A stretch of DNA of 64,000 bases from Octopus bimaculoides (lineage: Eukaryota). Below, piece by piece: positions 1 to 12,749 of the stretch; positions within the stretch are counted from its first letter, which is position 1; each line of letters begins with the position of its first letter. The position numbers and the translations under genes are program-made. The stretch lies in assembly GCF_001194135.2 (NCBI RefSeq), contig NC_068987.1, positions 104,330,673-104,394,672 on the forward strand, read 5' to 3'. A model generated the notes under the pieces. That model had not been told where the DNA came from, ran no database searches, and worked only from the letters and a program-made list of their open reading frames with translations.

Positions 1-96
1 GCGTGCGTGCGTGCGTGCGTGCGTGCGCGTGTGTGTGTGCGCGCGTGCGTGCGTGCGCGTGTGCGTGCGTGCGTGCGCGTGTGTGTGTGTGTGTGA
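1..96. repeat. (GCGT)n/(GT)n compound microsatellite
   Basis: Read directly. Confidence 0.97.
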
Positions 97-457
97 GGGA
101 CTGTGTGTTTGTGTTTAAGTAGGTGTGTAGCTGTAATGTGATTAACTGTAAAGGGAATATACTGTTATTCAAAATATGTTACATCACAGTTATCTCCCAT
201 GAACTGCTAGCTCTATATCAATAATACATCACTAAATAGCGCCTAATACCAAAAAATTATTTCTTCGTGTCGTATTATCTGACAGTTTACATAAATAGAT
301 AGGATTTTTTTTTTCGTGAATATGCGTCTCTCCGCGGACATACGCAACTCTGCACTACTTACAACACCACACTACGCACAAACATGCGCACAAAATAATG
401 TGTACAATTAATATATTAAAACATATTGGAAACAGAATAATCTACCCAACCAAACAT

Positions 458-512
<55 letters not shown>

Positions 513-2053
513 ATTTAGATATAGGATAAAATCTTTATAAGAATTTATCAAGAAGTTAGCGTGAAAAACCTCACAAGGGAAAAATTATTAATTATTCCCT
601 ATAAATATTTTTATTTACATTAAGACAGCGGTGTGTATGTAGTATTTACTCTCTCTCTCTCTCATACACACTCACACACACACACACTCACACACAAAAT
701 AGAGAGTGAAGTTTTTGCCGTTGTTACGTCAATACCGGAAGTTGACATTGAGGAACCTTTTTAAAGAAGTGAATCTTAAATATAAAGCAATATTATTTAT
801 TTTTAATTAAAAAAATCAAATGAAGAGCCTAACATTTATCCGAGGTCAAATTATTCACGCATCACAAGTATGGAAGCATTTGGTGAAGTTGATTACACAC
901 ACATCTCTGTTTTATATATAGTATAGATTTACTCTCTCTCTCATACACACGCACACACACACACAAAGATGTATGCATATTTATGCATGTACGTATACAT
1001 NNNNNNNNNNNNNNNNNNNNNNNNNNNNNNNNNNNNNNNNNNNNNNNNNNNNNNNNNNNNNNNNNNNNNNNNNNNNNNNNNNNNNNNNNNNNNNNNNNNN
1101 NNNNNNNNNNNNNNNNNNNNNNNNNNNNNNNNNNNNNNNNNNNNNNNNNNNNNNNNNNNNNNNNNNNNNNNNNNNNNNNNNNNNNNNNNNNNNNNNNNNN
1201 NNNNNNNNNNNNNNNNNNNNNNNNNNNNNNNNNNNNNNNNNNNNNNNNNNNNNNNNNNNNNNNNNNNNNNNNNNNNNNNNNNNNNNNNNNNNNNNNNNNN
1301 NNNNNNNNNNNNNNNNNNNNNNNNNNNNNNNNNNNNNNNNNNNNNNNNNNNNNNNNNNNNNNNNNNNNNNNNNNNNNNNNNNNNNNNNNNNNNNNNNNNN
1401 NNNNNNNNNNNNNNNNNNNNNNNNNNNNNNNNNNNNNNNNNNNNNNNNNNNNNNNNNNNNNNNNNNNNNNNNNNNNNNNNNNNNNNNNNNNNNNNNNNNN
1501 NNNNNNNNNNNNNNNNNNNNNNNNNNNNNNNNNNNNNNNNNNNNNNNNNNNNNNNNNNNNNNNNNNNNNNNNNNNNNNNNNNNNNNNNNNNNNNNNNNNN
1601 NNNNNNNNNNNNNNNNNNNNNNNNNNNNNNNNNNNNNNNNNNNNNNNNNNNNNNNNNNNNNNNNNNNNNNNNNNNNNNNNNNNNNNNNNNNNNNNNNNNN
1701 NNNNNNNNNNNNNNNNNNNNNNNNNNNNNNNNNNNNNNNNNNNNNNNNNNNNNNNNNNNNNNNNNNNNNNNNNNNNNNNNNNNNNNNNNNNNNNNNNNNN
1801 NNNNNNNNNNNNTATTATTCTGTATAAGCACATGTTACTGAGATGCAACTGGATAAATTCAAATCTCTTTCATGGATATATAATCATGAACGAAAGTCGT
1901 CGTACTGTGATGGCTACATCGTGGTAGGTTGATTCTTGTTTATTTTTATATATCTTGACCATACGTGTACTGATGAACAAAAGAATACAGGTTACTTCAC
2001 AGTTTTTCTGTATTTGATTGAGAAACCAGAATTTATTCTATATTATATTATAT

Positions 2054-2097
<44 letters not shown>

Positions 2098-3730
2098 GCC
2101 TGCATGCATATATGCATGTATTCTTGCATGCATGCATGCATACATACATACATATATGTGTGTGTGTGTCTGCGTGTGATCCTCTATGTATCATATTTAG
2201 CGTATATACGCTATTGAAAGGCATGATACTGTGGTTTTTGTCTGAGAGAAAGTCTCTTCATTGATATGCTGTGTTAAAAAGCAATATATACCGGAGCGAC
2301 CCGAACATCGTCCCTGCATTGACGCACAAGAACTTCAGTAGCGTTTCGGCCTTCTTGGGCCTAATCAATGATGTATACTCGCAAATCACATGCCTCGACG
2401 AAATCTATTCCCCTCCAACATATAGAAAACAGTGAAGAAAACCTGGCGCTCCGTCGGTACAAACGAGTGTTCCAGTTGACTCGGTCAATGGAACAGAATG
2501 AACGTGAAAACAGCTGAGCAATCCACAGACACGCGAGCCCTTAACGTAGTTTTCAAGAAGATTCAGAATGACACAGTGTGACAAGGCTGGCCCTTTTAAT
2601 TATAAGTATAACTCATTTTTGCCAGCTGAGTGATCTGGAGCAACGTGAAATAAAGTGCCTTGCTCAGTGCGCCACCAGGAATCGAACTCTCGACCTAACG
2701 ATTGTGAGCCGAATACCCTAGCAATAAAGTCACGCGCCTTTCCACAGAGAATACTACACTAAAAAATACTGCAGAATGCCTTCCGGTCTGAATAAAATTC
2801 GGTGTACGCGCGTTAACGCAGTGTGTTTCTGAAGAGATGTTTTCTCAGACAAAAGGCACAAGAACATGTCTTTCAACGACTCATGTACGTTTAATATGAT
2901 ACAAAGGTATTTATTTTTAACCTAATGTTCTTTCAATTACGTACACAGTTCCTATTTAACCCTGCAGTTTCCCGCAGTGTCAACGAATGTATTATTCACA
3001 GGACTCTATAAAGCAAGAAGGGATGAATTTCGCTTGGGATTGGGCCTAACGAGTACTTGTCATTGACAAGATCTAAGAAGTGGATCACAGTGGGACGATG
3101 TTTGTCTCGCTCCGATATATGTTTTTTTTTCTTAATAAGGCATGTCTATGAAGAAATTTCCTCTGAAATAATAACCTCAGCTTCACGACTTCGGTATATA
3201 TAAGCTAAATATNNNNNNNNNNNNNNNNNNNNNNNNNNNNNNNNNNNNNNNNNNNNNNNNNNNNNNNNNNNNNNNNNNNNNNNNNNNNNNNNNNNNNNNN
3301 NNNNNNNNNNNNNNNNNNNNNNNNNNNNNNNNNNNNNNNNNNNNNNNNNNNNNNNNNNNNNNNNNNNNNNNNNNNNNNNNNNNNNNNNNNNNNNNNNNNN
3401 NNNNNNNNNNNNNNNNNNNNNNNNNNNNNNNNNNNNNNNNNNNNNNNNNNNNNNNNNNNNNNNNNNNNNNNNNNNNNNNNNNNNNNNNNNNNNNNNNNNN
3501 NNNNNNNNNNNNNNNNNNNNNNNNNNNNNNNNNNNNNNNNNNNNNNNNNNNNNNNNNNNNNNNNNNNNCACACACACATTCCCTCTCCTGCTCTTACTTT
3601 CTCTCACTTCCTTCTCTCTCTCTCCCTCTCTCTCTCCCTCTCAAACACACACATGCACACATGCACACACACACAATGATATTTATTCTTCTTTAAGGAA
3701 AATTTATACGTTTTAGTATCTATTTTGCAG

Positions 3731-3796
3731 TATATGGATGAAAGCAAAACTCTACAAATTATATGTCGCCTGAATAGAGTTGTACTGATTCTAAAG
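3731..3796 (+). CDS. TDO2: Tryptophan 2,3-dioxygenase coding exon (first found in window): YMDESKTLQIICRLNRVVLILK
   Basis: ttttgcag| acceptor and |gtaagt donor, 66 nt, phase 0-0. Aligns to the TDO segment [22 protein letters not shown] and splices in frame to 19497. Confidence 0.93.
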
Positions 3797-4244
3797 GTAA
3801 GTGATTATATATTATATTTATAGAAATATTGAGTAAAATATGGTTAATCTATCCTCCTTTATCACTGATTTATTTATCTCTGATCCGGGACAACACAGTA
3901 GACACGTTTTAAATCGTGTAACGCTTTATACAAAATAATCTGTGATAGCACGGGTCGGCGATTAGACGAAGATTTTATTTAGACTGCAAAAACGCACCAC
4001 CCACAATGCTCAGGATAACTTGGGGTTTGGGAACGAAATCTACTCTTCTCTTATGTTCTATTATTCACTTCGTTTTTGTATCTGGTTTGCAAGATTCTTT
4101 ATGTGAATTCGTGTGTTGAAACAAATTTTGTTGTATCTAAGGAGAGTCATTACGCCAATATTAATTACACACACATTTATTCAATTCCATTCCTTTATTA
4201 TTAGTCAATTGGTTAAATATCTATCCAAATAACCAATCGCCTTT

Positions 4245-4536
4245 TCAAAGCCTAGCCATGCTCATGGGCCCGGTTTCCCGGTTTCTATGGCGTATGTGTT
4301 CCCCCTAGCTGGACGGGATGCCAGTCCATCGCAGCGTTACTCAAGAAACAGGAAGAAAGAGTGAGAGAAAGTTGGGGCGAAAGAGTACAACAGGGGTCAC
4401 CCCCCCCCCTGCCAGAGCATCGTGGAGCTTTAGGTGTTTTCGCGCAATAAACACTTACAACGCCCGGCCTGGGAATCGAAACCGAGATCCTCCGACCGCG
4501 AGTCCGCTGCCCTAACCACTGCGCCATTGCGCCTCC
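4245..4536 (-). mobile_element. SINE with the family C head and body but a different 3' tail
   Basis: Shares the head through ...CTTCCTGTTTCT with family C, then switches to ..GGAAACCGGGCCCATGAGCATGGCTAGGCTTT. Confidence 0.85.
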
Positions 4537-5355
4537 GACCATTTTGTTTAACTTGTTGATTAAACAGTCAATCGGTTAACGCGATGGTCACATTTTAAAA
4601 ACCTAACACCAATGATAAACGAGGATTACGGCACAGCACTAATCAGAAGTTTGTCCTGCTGGCCTAAGCGGTTGAACTCCAGACTAAACGAGAGTATTAC
4701 TGAGTTGTTCATCTACATCCCAAGTTTTAGATCAAATCTCGCCAGAGATGTCTTCTCTATAATTCATAATAATTTCATTTGTATTAGCAACGAAATTCAT
4801 CAGCATGCTTCGTTTGACATTACTGAAAATATTAGAAGGTCTGAAACCTTGTGTGTAGAATTTGGCAAACGGAAATAGTGTGGAAACCCGTTGTGTATGT
4901 GCGTGTGTGAGTGTACATATATATGTACATATATGCGTATATAAGTACACACGCGCGCGCGCACGCACGTACGCACACATACCTTTTATTTGTTTTAGGC
5001 ATCAGACGGCGCCCATGCTGGGGCAACGCCTTGAAGGGTTTCAGTCGAACAAATCGATCCCAGGACATATTTCTTAAGCCTAGTACTTATTCTGTCATAC
5101 ATACATACATACATACATACATGTATGTATGTATGTATGTACGTACACACATATATGCATATATATGTACATATATATATGTGTATATATGCATGTGTGT
5201 GTAGATATGTGTGTATATATATATATTTGTGTGTGTGTGTGTATATGTATGTGTATATATGTGTGTGTACGTCTATATATATATATATAAAATATTCTTT
5301 TATATGTTTCTTGAGACTGTGGCCATGCTGGGGCATCGCCTTTTGTAATCACCTT

Positions 5356-5870
5356 TTAATTAGCCAGTTCTATGGGTTTGGCTTCTGGTGAAGGAAGGAG
5401 TTCGATATCGCTGCCCTCTTTTGAGTTTCCTGCTTTGATATTGGTTCGCTGGGAATCTTGGAAAACATCTACTCCCACTCCATGGAAGTCCCTTAGATGT
5501 TTAGACAAGGAGTTAAATAGCTGTGGGTCCTTTAATCCCAAGCTATTGCAGTACATGTCCCTCGCCTTAGATGAGACAGCTGGGACTTTTGGAACGGTGC
5601 AGTGACGTCCATTTCGAGGTCTGGTACAACTCTCAATTCCAAAGTTTGGTCCCAGCCCCCCCAGTATCTTCCATACATTATATATCACTGCGTACCTCTC
5701 CCGTCTTCGTCCCAGGGAGTAGAACTGTAGCTCTTTCAGTCTCCCCCAGTAGCTCAGCAGTTCCATTGATGCAATCTACCTTGCGTACTATTTCTGAACT
5801 GCCTCAGGTTCTGCTATTAATCCTGCAGTGTAGGGTGACCATAGTTGAGAGAAGTAGTCCCGACGGCTGA
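5356..5870 (-). mobile_element. CR1/L2-group LINE, 3' ORF2 fragment (decayed)
   Basis: Minus-strand translation YWGRLKELQFYSLGRRRERY...WKIL.GL.PN...NSL....P.LFNSL...LR..HGV.VD is the typical post-RT C-terminus of CR1-like LINEs. Confidence 0.75.
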
Positions 5871-5880
5871 GGACAAATGC

Positions 5881-5918
<38 letters not shown>

Positions 5919-7493
5919 CATATTATACATATATATGCATATTATACATATATATGTGGCTGTGTGGTAAGTAGCTTGCTTACCAACCACATGGTTCCGG
6001 GTTCATTCCCACTNNNNNNNNNNNNNNNNNNNNNNNNNNNNNNNNNNNNNNNNNNNNNNNNNNNNNNNNNNNNNNNNNNNNNNNNNNNNNNNNNNNNNNN
6101 NNNNNNNNNNNNNNNNNNNNNNNNNNNNNNNNNNNNNNNNNNNNNNNNNNNNNNNNNNNNNNNNNNNNNNNNNNNNNNNNNNNNNNNNNNNNNNNNNNNN
6201 NNNNNNNNNNNNNNNNNNNNNNNNNNNNNNNNNNNNNNNNNNNNNNNNNNNNNNNNNNNNNNNNNNNNNNNNNNNNNNNNNNNNNNNNNNNNNNNNNNNN
6301 NNNNNNNNNNNNNNNNNNNNNNNNNNNNNNNNNNNNNNNNNNNNNNNNNNNNNNNNNNNNNNNNNNNNNNNNNNNNNNNNNNNNNNNNNNNNNNNNNNNN
6401 NNNNNNNNNNNNNNNNNNNNNNNNNNNNNNNNNNNNNNNNNNNNNNNNNNNNNNNNNNNNNNNNNNNNNNNNNNNNNNNNNNNNNNNNNNNNNNNNNNNN
6501 NNNNNNNNNNNNNNNNNNNNNNNNNNNNNNNNNNNNNNNNNNNNNNNNNNNNNNNNNNNNNNNNNNNNNNNNNNNNNNNNNNNNNNNNNNNNNNNNNNNN
6601 NNNNNNNNNNNNNNNNNNNNNNNNNNNNNNNNNNNNNNNNNNNNNNNNNNNNNNNNNNNNNNNNNNNNNNNNNNNNNNNNNNNNNNNNNNNNNNNNNNNN
6701 NNNNNNNNNNNNNNNNNNNNNNNNNNNNNNNNNNNNNNNNNNNNNNNNNNNNNNNNNNNNNNNNNNNNNNNNNNNNNNNNNNNNNNNNNNNNNNNNNNNN
6801 NNNNNNNNNNNNNNNNNNNNNNNNNNNNNNNNNNNNNNNNNNNNNNNNNNNNNNNNNNNNNNNNNNNNNCTGAGAGATTATATTTACGCCTCATGATCTG
6901 GGAAACCGGTTTTGCTACCCCGTGGGTCGGGAGGATCTTAGATCTTTATTTTTAATTTTCTTCTTTTTGATAATATAACCTACCAGATAGTTACCGGTAA
7001 TCAACGAGTCTCCCTCCACTCAGAATTGCTAACCTTATGTCTAAATTAGAAACTACATTATTTTATTTATTTTTAATCAGTTTCCGTCTACCAAATCCAC
7101 CCACAAGGCTTTGGTCGGCCCGAGGCTATAGTAGAATACACTTGCCCAAGATGCCACGCAGTGGGACTGAACCCAGAACAATGTGGTTGGCAAGCAAGCT
7201 ACTTACCACACAGTTATATATATGTGTGTGTGTGTGTGTAAAGTAAATACATTCAATCTTTATTAAATATATGTATTTAATGGGAAATTCGTTCGAACAA
7301 ATGTAGATGTGCGCGCGAGCATGTGTGTCTGTCTGTCTGTCTGTGTGTGTAAATCTACGTTGTAGGCATACAGACATGGCAAATTAAACTGCACACATAC
7401 ATACAAACACAAACATACACATATAACAAAAACTATGTTATTAATGTAATAATGTACTCTACAGGTTGATCGTGTGTATTTATATATACATAC

Positions 7494-7538
<45 letters not shown>

Positions 7539-8701
7539 TGCATTTATAAATATATATGTAATTATACATTGCATTTATAAATACTGCACACACACACTCT
7601 CTCTCTCTCTCTCTCACAACACACACTTATAAATATATAACTTTGCTTGCTCACAATTAAGTCTTCATAACACAAATTATAATTTACTAATAATTAGTGC
7701 AGTGAGCAAAACGGGGTTTTTGAAACAAGAGTAGCAGGAGAAAAGCTACTTAAGTAAAGCGAGAAATAGTATTCACACACATATATGCTTGTATGCATAT
7801 ATGTATCTGCAAGTGCAATCTACTGCGCTCTTACAACCAGTCTGAAAATGTTCTTCTGTTACATACCAGCTGGTTAGAGGAAATATAAATATATTGCCTC
7901 TACTACTCTTGTTTTGGTTCTAACCTCATTATCATGTGATCAGTCAAAAAGATAAACATGCTCGTTCTATGTATATATGTGTATATTATTAATCTCCGTT
8001 CCTTAACAAATTGTGTCAAAATATATCAAAATTTCGTTTAGCTCGGAGTAACAAGATATATCATTATAACTATTCTTTTATCAGTCACTTAACTTGTTAA
8101 CTGAAGCTATATATATCATGATTCACTTTTAACTTATTTACTCACAGGTTGTAACTGTTGCCGCTGGACAATATTTATGCCTTTACTTCAATGTTTGCCA
8201 ATTCCCTTAACCGTTAACAAACCAATCCGGCTTTTAAGAAAGTCATTGAATTCTTGAAAATGTAAAAATTCCACAGTATCTGCATGGTGGTATTGTTTAT
8301 GAAGTAGTTTGAACAGGAAGTGAGTTTCAGGACATATTAAGCCGCGTTGTTGTTGAGGATAAGAAATGTGACAGCTTCTTCGCACTGCTATATGTATAAC
8401 AATTACAAAAATGTGGAAATATTTGTCAGTACTCAATCTACACACTCACCAGTTATTTTGATTTGTTGTCATCTATGCCTTCTGCATCATGTAATTTATT
8501 TTTAAAGCAAATATTGTTTTATGATCTCCATTTGGTTTAATCAAACACTTTTCCGAACACTTATTTTGCGAAAGAAGGAAGAAAACACGTTTATGTATTT
8601 GTTTTGGAAGATTCCTGATGTGAAATCGTGTGTTAACGCGGAAGTTTATACTAACTTTTAACCCTTCAACTGAAGCCGGGCCCTGAGAACCTTATTTGAC
8701 A

Positions 8702-9103
8702 ATGGAAAAACACTTACAAAGCAAAACCTCGTGGGATATAGGCAAAACTGCTGAAGCTAATCTAAATTCTTCGAATGGATATTGCTGTGTGTGTTTCGCT
8801 GCATTTTTGGGAGTCTTCGTCGGGACAATTATGACTGCTATCGGAGTGTGCCTTATTTTAAATCACCAGTACCGTATATCTAGCTTAATACCAAACACAT
8901 TATTATATTTCAAAAATATTCAACTTATTGGACTAATTATCTTGTGTTCTGGATTACTTATATTCTCAATTAGTTTAGTTATTAGTTGTGTATTTTTGAT
9001 GTATGGAAAACCAGAAATCTTAATGTGCACGAAGGAGAACGATTACCCTTATTTAACTCTTCCACAAGGGACCCCACCTCCTGCAGAATCGCAAGAAACG
9101 TAA
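8702..9103 (+). CDS. Putative 133-aa two-transmembrane protein nested in a TDO2 intron
   Basis: Uninterrupted ORF; gacaATGG Kozak context; in-frame stop upstream at 8684; TACTAAC at 8649-8655 followed by AG at 8674-8675. Two hydrophobic segments (CCVCFAAFLGVFVGTIMTAIGVCLIL and IQLIGLIILCSGLLIFSISLVISCVFLMY) and a Pro-rich tail. No microsatellite content. Confidence 0.5.
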   Translation: MEKHLQSKTSWDIGKTAEANLNSSNGYCCVCFAAFLGVFVGTIMTAIGVCLILNHQYRISSLIPNTLLYFKNIQLIGLIILCSGLLIFSISLVISCVFLMYGKPEILMCTKENDYPYLTLPQGTPPPAESQET

Positions 9104-10495
9104 TATCGTTTAACAAACGTGAACGGATACACTTTTTGGCGAAAGATTATAAATTATTATAGTCGGTTACCTCGCCTCGTTTCTTGACTGCGACCTCGTA
9201 AGAATGAATGACAAACTCGACCTTGGCGAAATTCGATATCTGAACGTAAAGGCCGAATTGAGTAATTTTTATTATTTTTTTTTTTTATGATAATGTTTAT
9301 TTCACATTATTAATGATAAAAATGATTATATTTTTGTATAAACTTTATTTCAAATTATTCTTTCTGAAGCATGCATCTAAATATTTATAATCTTACTGAA
9401 AAATGCATCAAGTTCATTTGAAAAAATAATCATATAAACATTATTTTTCAGCGGAAAGCCGGGCGAAACGCTTAGAGGTATTTTGTTTGTTTTCATGCTC
9501 TGAGTTCAAATGCAGCCGGGGTCGACTTTGCCTTTCACCCTTTCGGGGTCGATAAATTAAATACCAGTTACGCTCTGGAGTCGATGTAATCGACTCATCC
9601 TTTTCTCTGGAATTTCAGGCCTTGTACCTACAGTAGAAAGGATTGTTTTTCAGCGGAAAACTCATTTTTAGAGCATTTTACCTATATGTTTTATATTCTC
9701 TTGTTTTAAACAATCGAACAACTGTCTCATCAACCCATTTTATTAACATATTTACCATTCGAGACTGTTATTCTCGATGGCAAATTTGAAGAAGTGTAAA
9801 ATTTTCATTGATATATCATGTCCCCCATCAAAGCACCGCCCGCAGCAGATCGCCATTTACCCTCTATCGCCACTAGCCACTTTACTGTTTACATACATAC
9901 AATGGGCCAAAATAAACCTGACAATCACGTATCGTTTCAATTATACAACACTCATATATTCATGTTAATAGACTTTGATATGTCAGGAACGAGAAGAAAA
10001 TCATTTTTATTTACATTATCATTTATCATTATCCTGTTTATTAATTTTACCATAAGTAAATTAAATCAGATTAAATAAACGAAACACGTTTCCGTTGTGT
10101 GACCCAAAACTTTGTACACCAAGGAATAATAAATTAGGAAAGAAATAACTTTTTGAAACCTACTCGTATGTATTCATGAATTAGCTTTCTCTCATAGACG
10201 CAAGGTTCCGAATAATAAAGAAGTAAGCTGATTAGTTGAATGATTGATTCGCTATGCAGTAGCACGAGGCAGACAATATGTACTGCAGAGGAAGAAAAAA
10301 AAAATTATATTTTACTTGTTTCAGTCTGGACTGTAGTCATGCCAGGAATTTTAGTCGAATGAATCAACCTCGGTAGTTTTTTTTATTCTTTTTTTTAAGC
10401 CTGGTACTAATTCTTTCAGTTTCTTTTGCCGAACCATTAATTTACGAGAACGTAAACACACCAGCACCGGTTGTCAAGCGGTGGTGGGGGACTAA

Positions 10496-10539
<44 letters not shown>

Positions 10540-10984
10540 CCAACGCACGAAACTCTCAGCCTTTGAGTTATTCTGTTGCTTCTGCTAAATATTAACGAAA
10601 ATATTCATATTCTAAGTTCTATTTTTGCTGCTTGCATATATTGGCGAATTTCAGAAAGCATGGAAACTTTGGAGGATGTAGTGTCCCGACAGCTAACAGC
10701 TGATTCGAGTAGTTTATTCCAGGCTTCAGCAATTCTGATCGTGGTCGCCCAATTTCACACCACTGCCTGGCACCCTGTGTGCTTTTAGCGGAGTTCACTC
10801 TGTTGCGAGCATTTGGACTAGGCTTCCGGTTCGGCAATACCTTCCTTCCATTCGTCTCAGAGGTCCTGTAATGTGTCACAATCACAGTCGTGACTGAATG
10901 GTAAAAAGAAATATCAAATACTTTTAGGTCACTAAGTTGATGGTTGCGTTCAAATCGATCTGGAAAATGAAAAGTCTCTATCAC

Positions 10985-11350
10985 GTGCTTCAGTCAATGG
11001 ACTATAGCCGTGCTGGGGCATCACCTTGGAAGGTTTTGATAGGACAGATCAATAATTTTTTTCGAAGTGTGGTCCTTATTCTATCAGACACTTTTGTCGG
11101 ACCGCTCAGTTATGGGCACGTAAACAAACCAACCGGTTGTCAAGCGGTAGAGGAGACAGACACAAAGGCACACACACACACATAAACAACAGGCTTCCGC
11201 ACAGTTTTCGTCTATCAAATTCACCCATAAGACATTGGTCAACCCGGGGCTCCAGTTGAAGAAACTTACCCAAGATGCTGCGCAGTGGAACCGAACCTAA
11301 AACTACGTGATTGCAAAACCAGCGTTAAACCACACAGCCATGCCCGCGCC
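10985..11350 (-). mobile_element. SINE family A, diverged full-length antisense copy
   Basis: Reverse complement carries the family A head (GGCGCGGGCATGGCTGTGTGG) and tail. Confidence 0.8.
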
Positions 11351-12749
11351 TATGGCCAAATTATCGACGAAATATTACCATCTTGTGAGGTTTTAAATTA
11401 TAACAATAACCAGTTAGATCAAATACATTACTGGACTGTTGTCGCAAGAATTACGAGATCGAATCAGCTATAGAACCTGCCTGTGTTACTGTACTGGGCG
11501 CTTAATTTTTTATAATGGCTATTTACCTAAAGTACATATCTATGTGCAAGACAACTTCCAGAATTTCCCCGTTTTGAGCTATACTTGCAGTATAAGAATA
11601 ATCAGATTACAAGAGTTGGATTTCGTTTAGCATATGAGGATTTTCCATAAGGCAGACGCACGTGTTATTTGCATGTTTTAATATACGTTGACCAAAATCC
11701 AATACTTGTAAATTACAGTTATACAAAGGTTATTAAAGTTAAGGACGGTATTGCATCATTTACAGAGCTGTTTGAAACTGAACTACTAAGACTTTACTCG
11801 CTCAATAGTTCTTTAATGGTCATTCCAGTGACCAGTGGAATGATAACACTATGTAACACAATTTTTGTCCTTGCGTAGCAATTTCGTATTTGCTTACCCC
11901 TAGAAAGTATGAAAAAGGACTAATATTTCCTTCAAAGTTTGGTTTTGTTACATTTATTTAAACCTCAGAGAATCCCTTTCATCACATGGCTATGATGCTC
12001 CCCCATTACTCCTGCTCATTATCAAAGATGCACATATTGTCAGCCACTAAGGGACATGCTCAAGTGGTTAAGGTCAAGCAACTGACAAGCAAATCTGTGG
12101 TACTGAGCAGAATATTTACTATAACGATAGTTCTGCTTCAGCTACTCAGCGCTGAGTCTATGTGAAATGTAATGGAAAATAGGCCAGTTTCAAAACGTTG
12201 ATGTCTTGGTCACAAAAACAAAGTTTGAAAGGAATAGAAGTCATTACTTTTGATGTCTAGATAGAAGAAAAATACGAAATAACATTTACTGAACAAAGAC
12301 AAAAAAAATTGTTATACAATGTAATATTAAACACACATATGCAACACGATCTTAGCCAATGGCATAGCTAGTGTGTGGCGTTCGGGGCAGCCCTTGAGTT
12401 TTCCTCCCACCACCTTCGCCATACAGCCAATATAGGCTTATGCAGCAGACCCAAAATTGCTTCCCTCATATAATCGTCACCCGAAGCCGACTGCTCTACC
12501 TCACCCTCCATCTACGCTACTGGTCTTGGCCATTAAAGTTTAGGTCGATTCGTTTCAAATAATAACAAAACACTTTTTGTTACTATCATAGTTTGTATCA
12601 TATGAGTCCAGCTGATGTAGTTCAAATACTCGTGGCAGCACCAAAACATCAGTTATTTGACAGGAACTAATTAGGAGTGGTGTATAATTCTATCGTTCAT
12701 TTGTAACGGTTGTATTAATGAATTAATAAGTATGTATAATATTGTACTG

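Noticed and set aside
97-3730. Search for the upstream TDO exons (YGDYL, HDEHLFI, AYELWFKQ)
   Set aside because: Not found in the called bases; they lie upstream of the window or within the gaps at 1001-1811 or 3213-3568.
4470-4536. tRNA-like A and B box sequences in many SINE heads
   Set aside because: They do not form complete cloverleafs and are followed by SINE bodies, so they are not called tRNA genes.
862-6896. Long ORFs of 124-339 aa full of X in the ORF track (also at 33322-34985, 59143-59520 and 62488-63453)
   Set aside because: They are artefacts of translating N-gaps flanked by microsatellites.
8148-8460. Good splice acceptor at 8146-8147 and the minus-strand 85-aa ORF 8188-8445
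   Set aside because: The + frames close quickly, there is no TDO similarity and no recognisable protein. It could be a UTR exon of the nested ORF but is unsupported.
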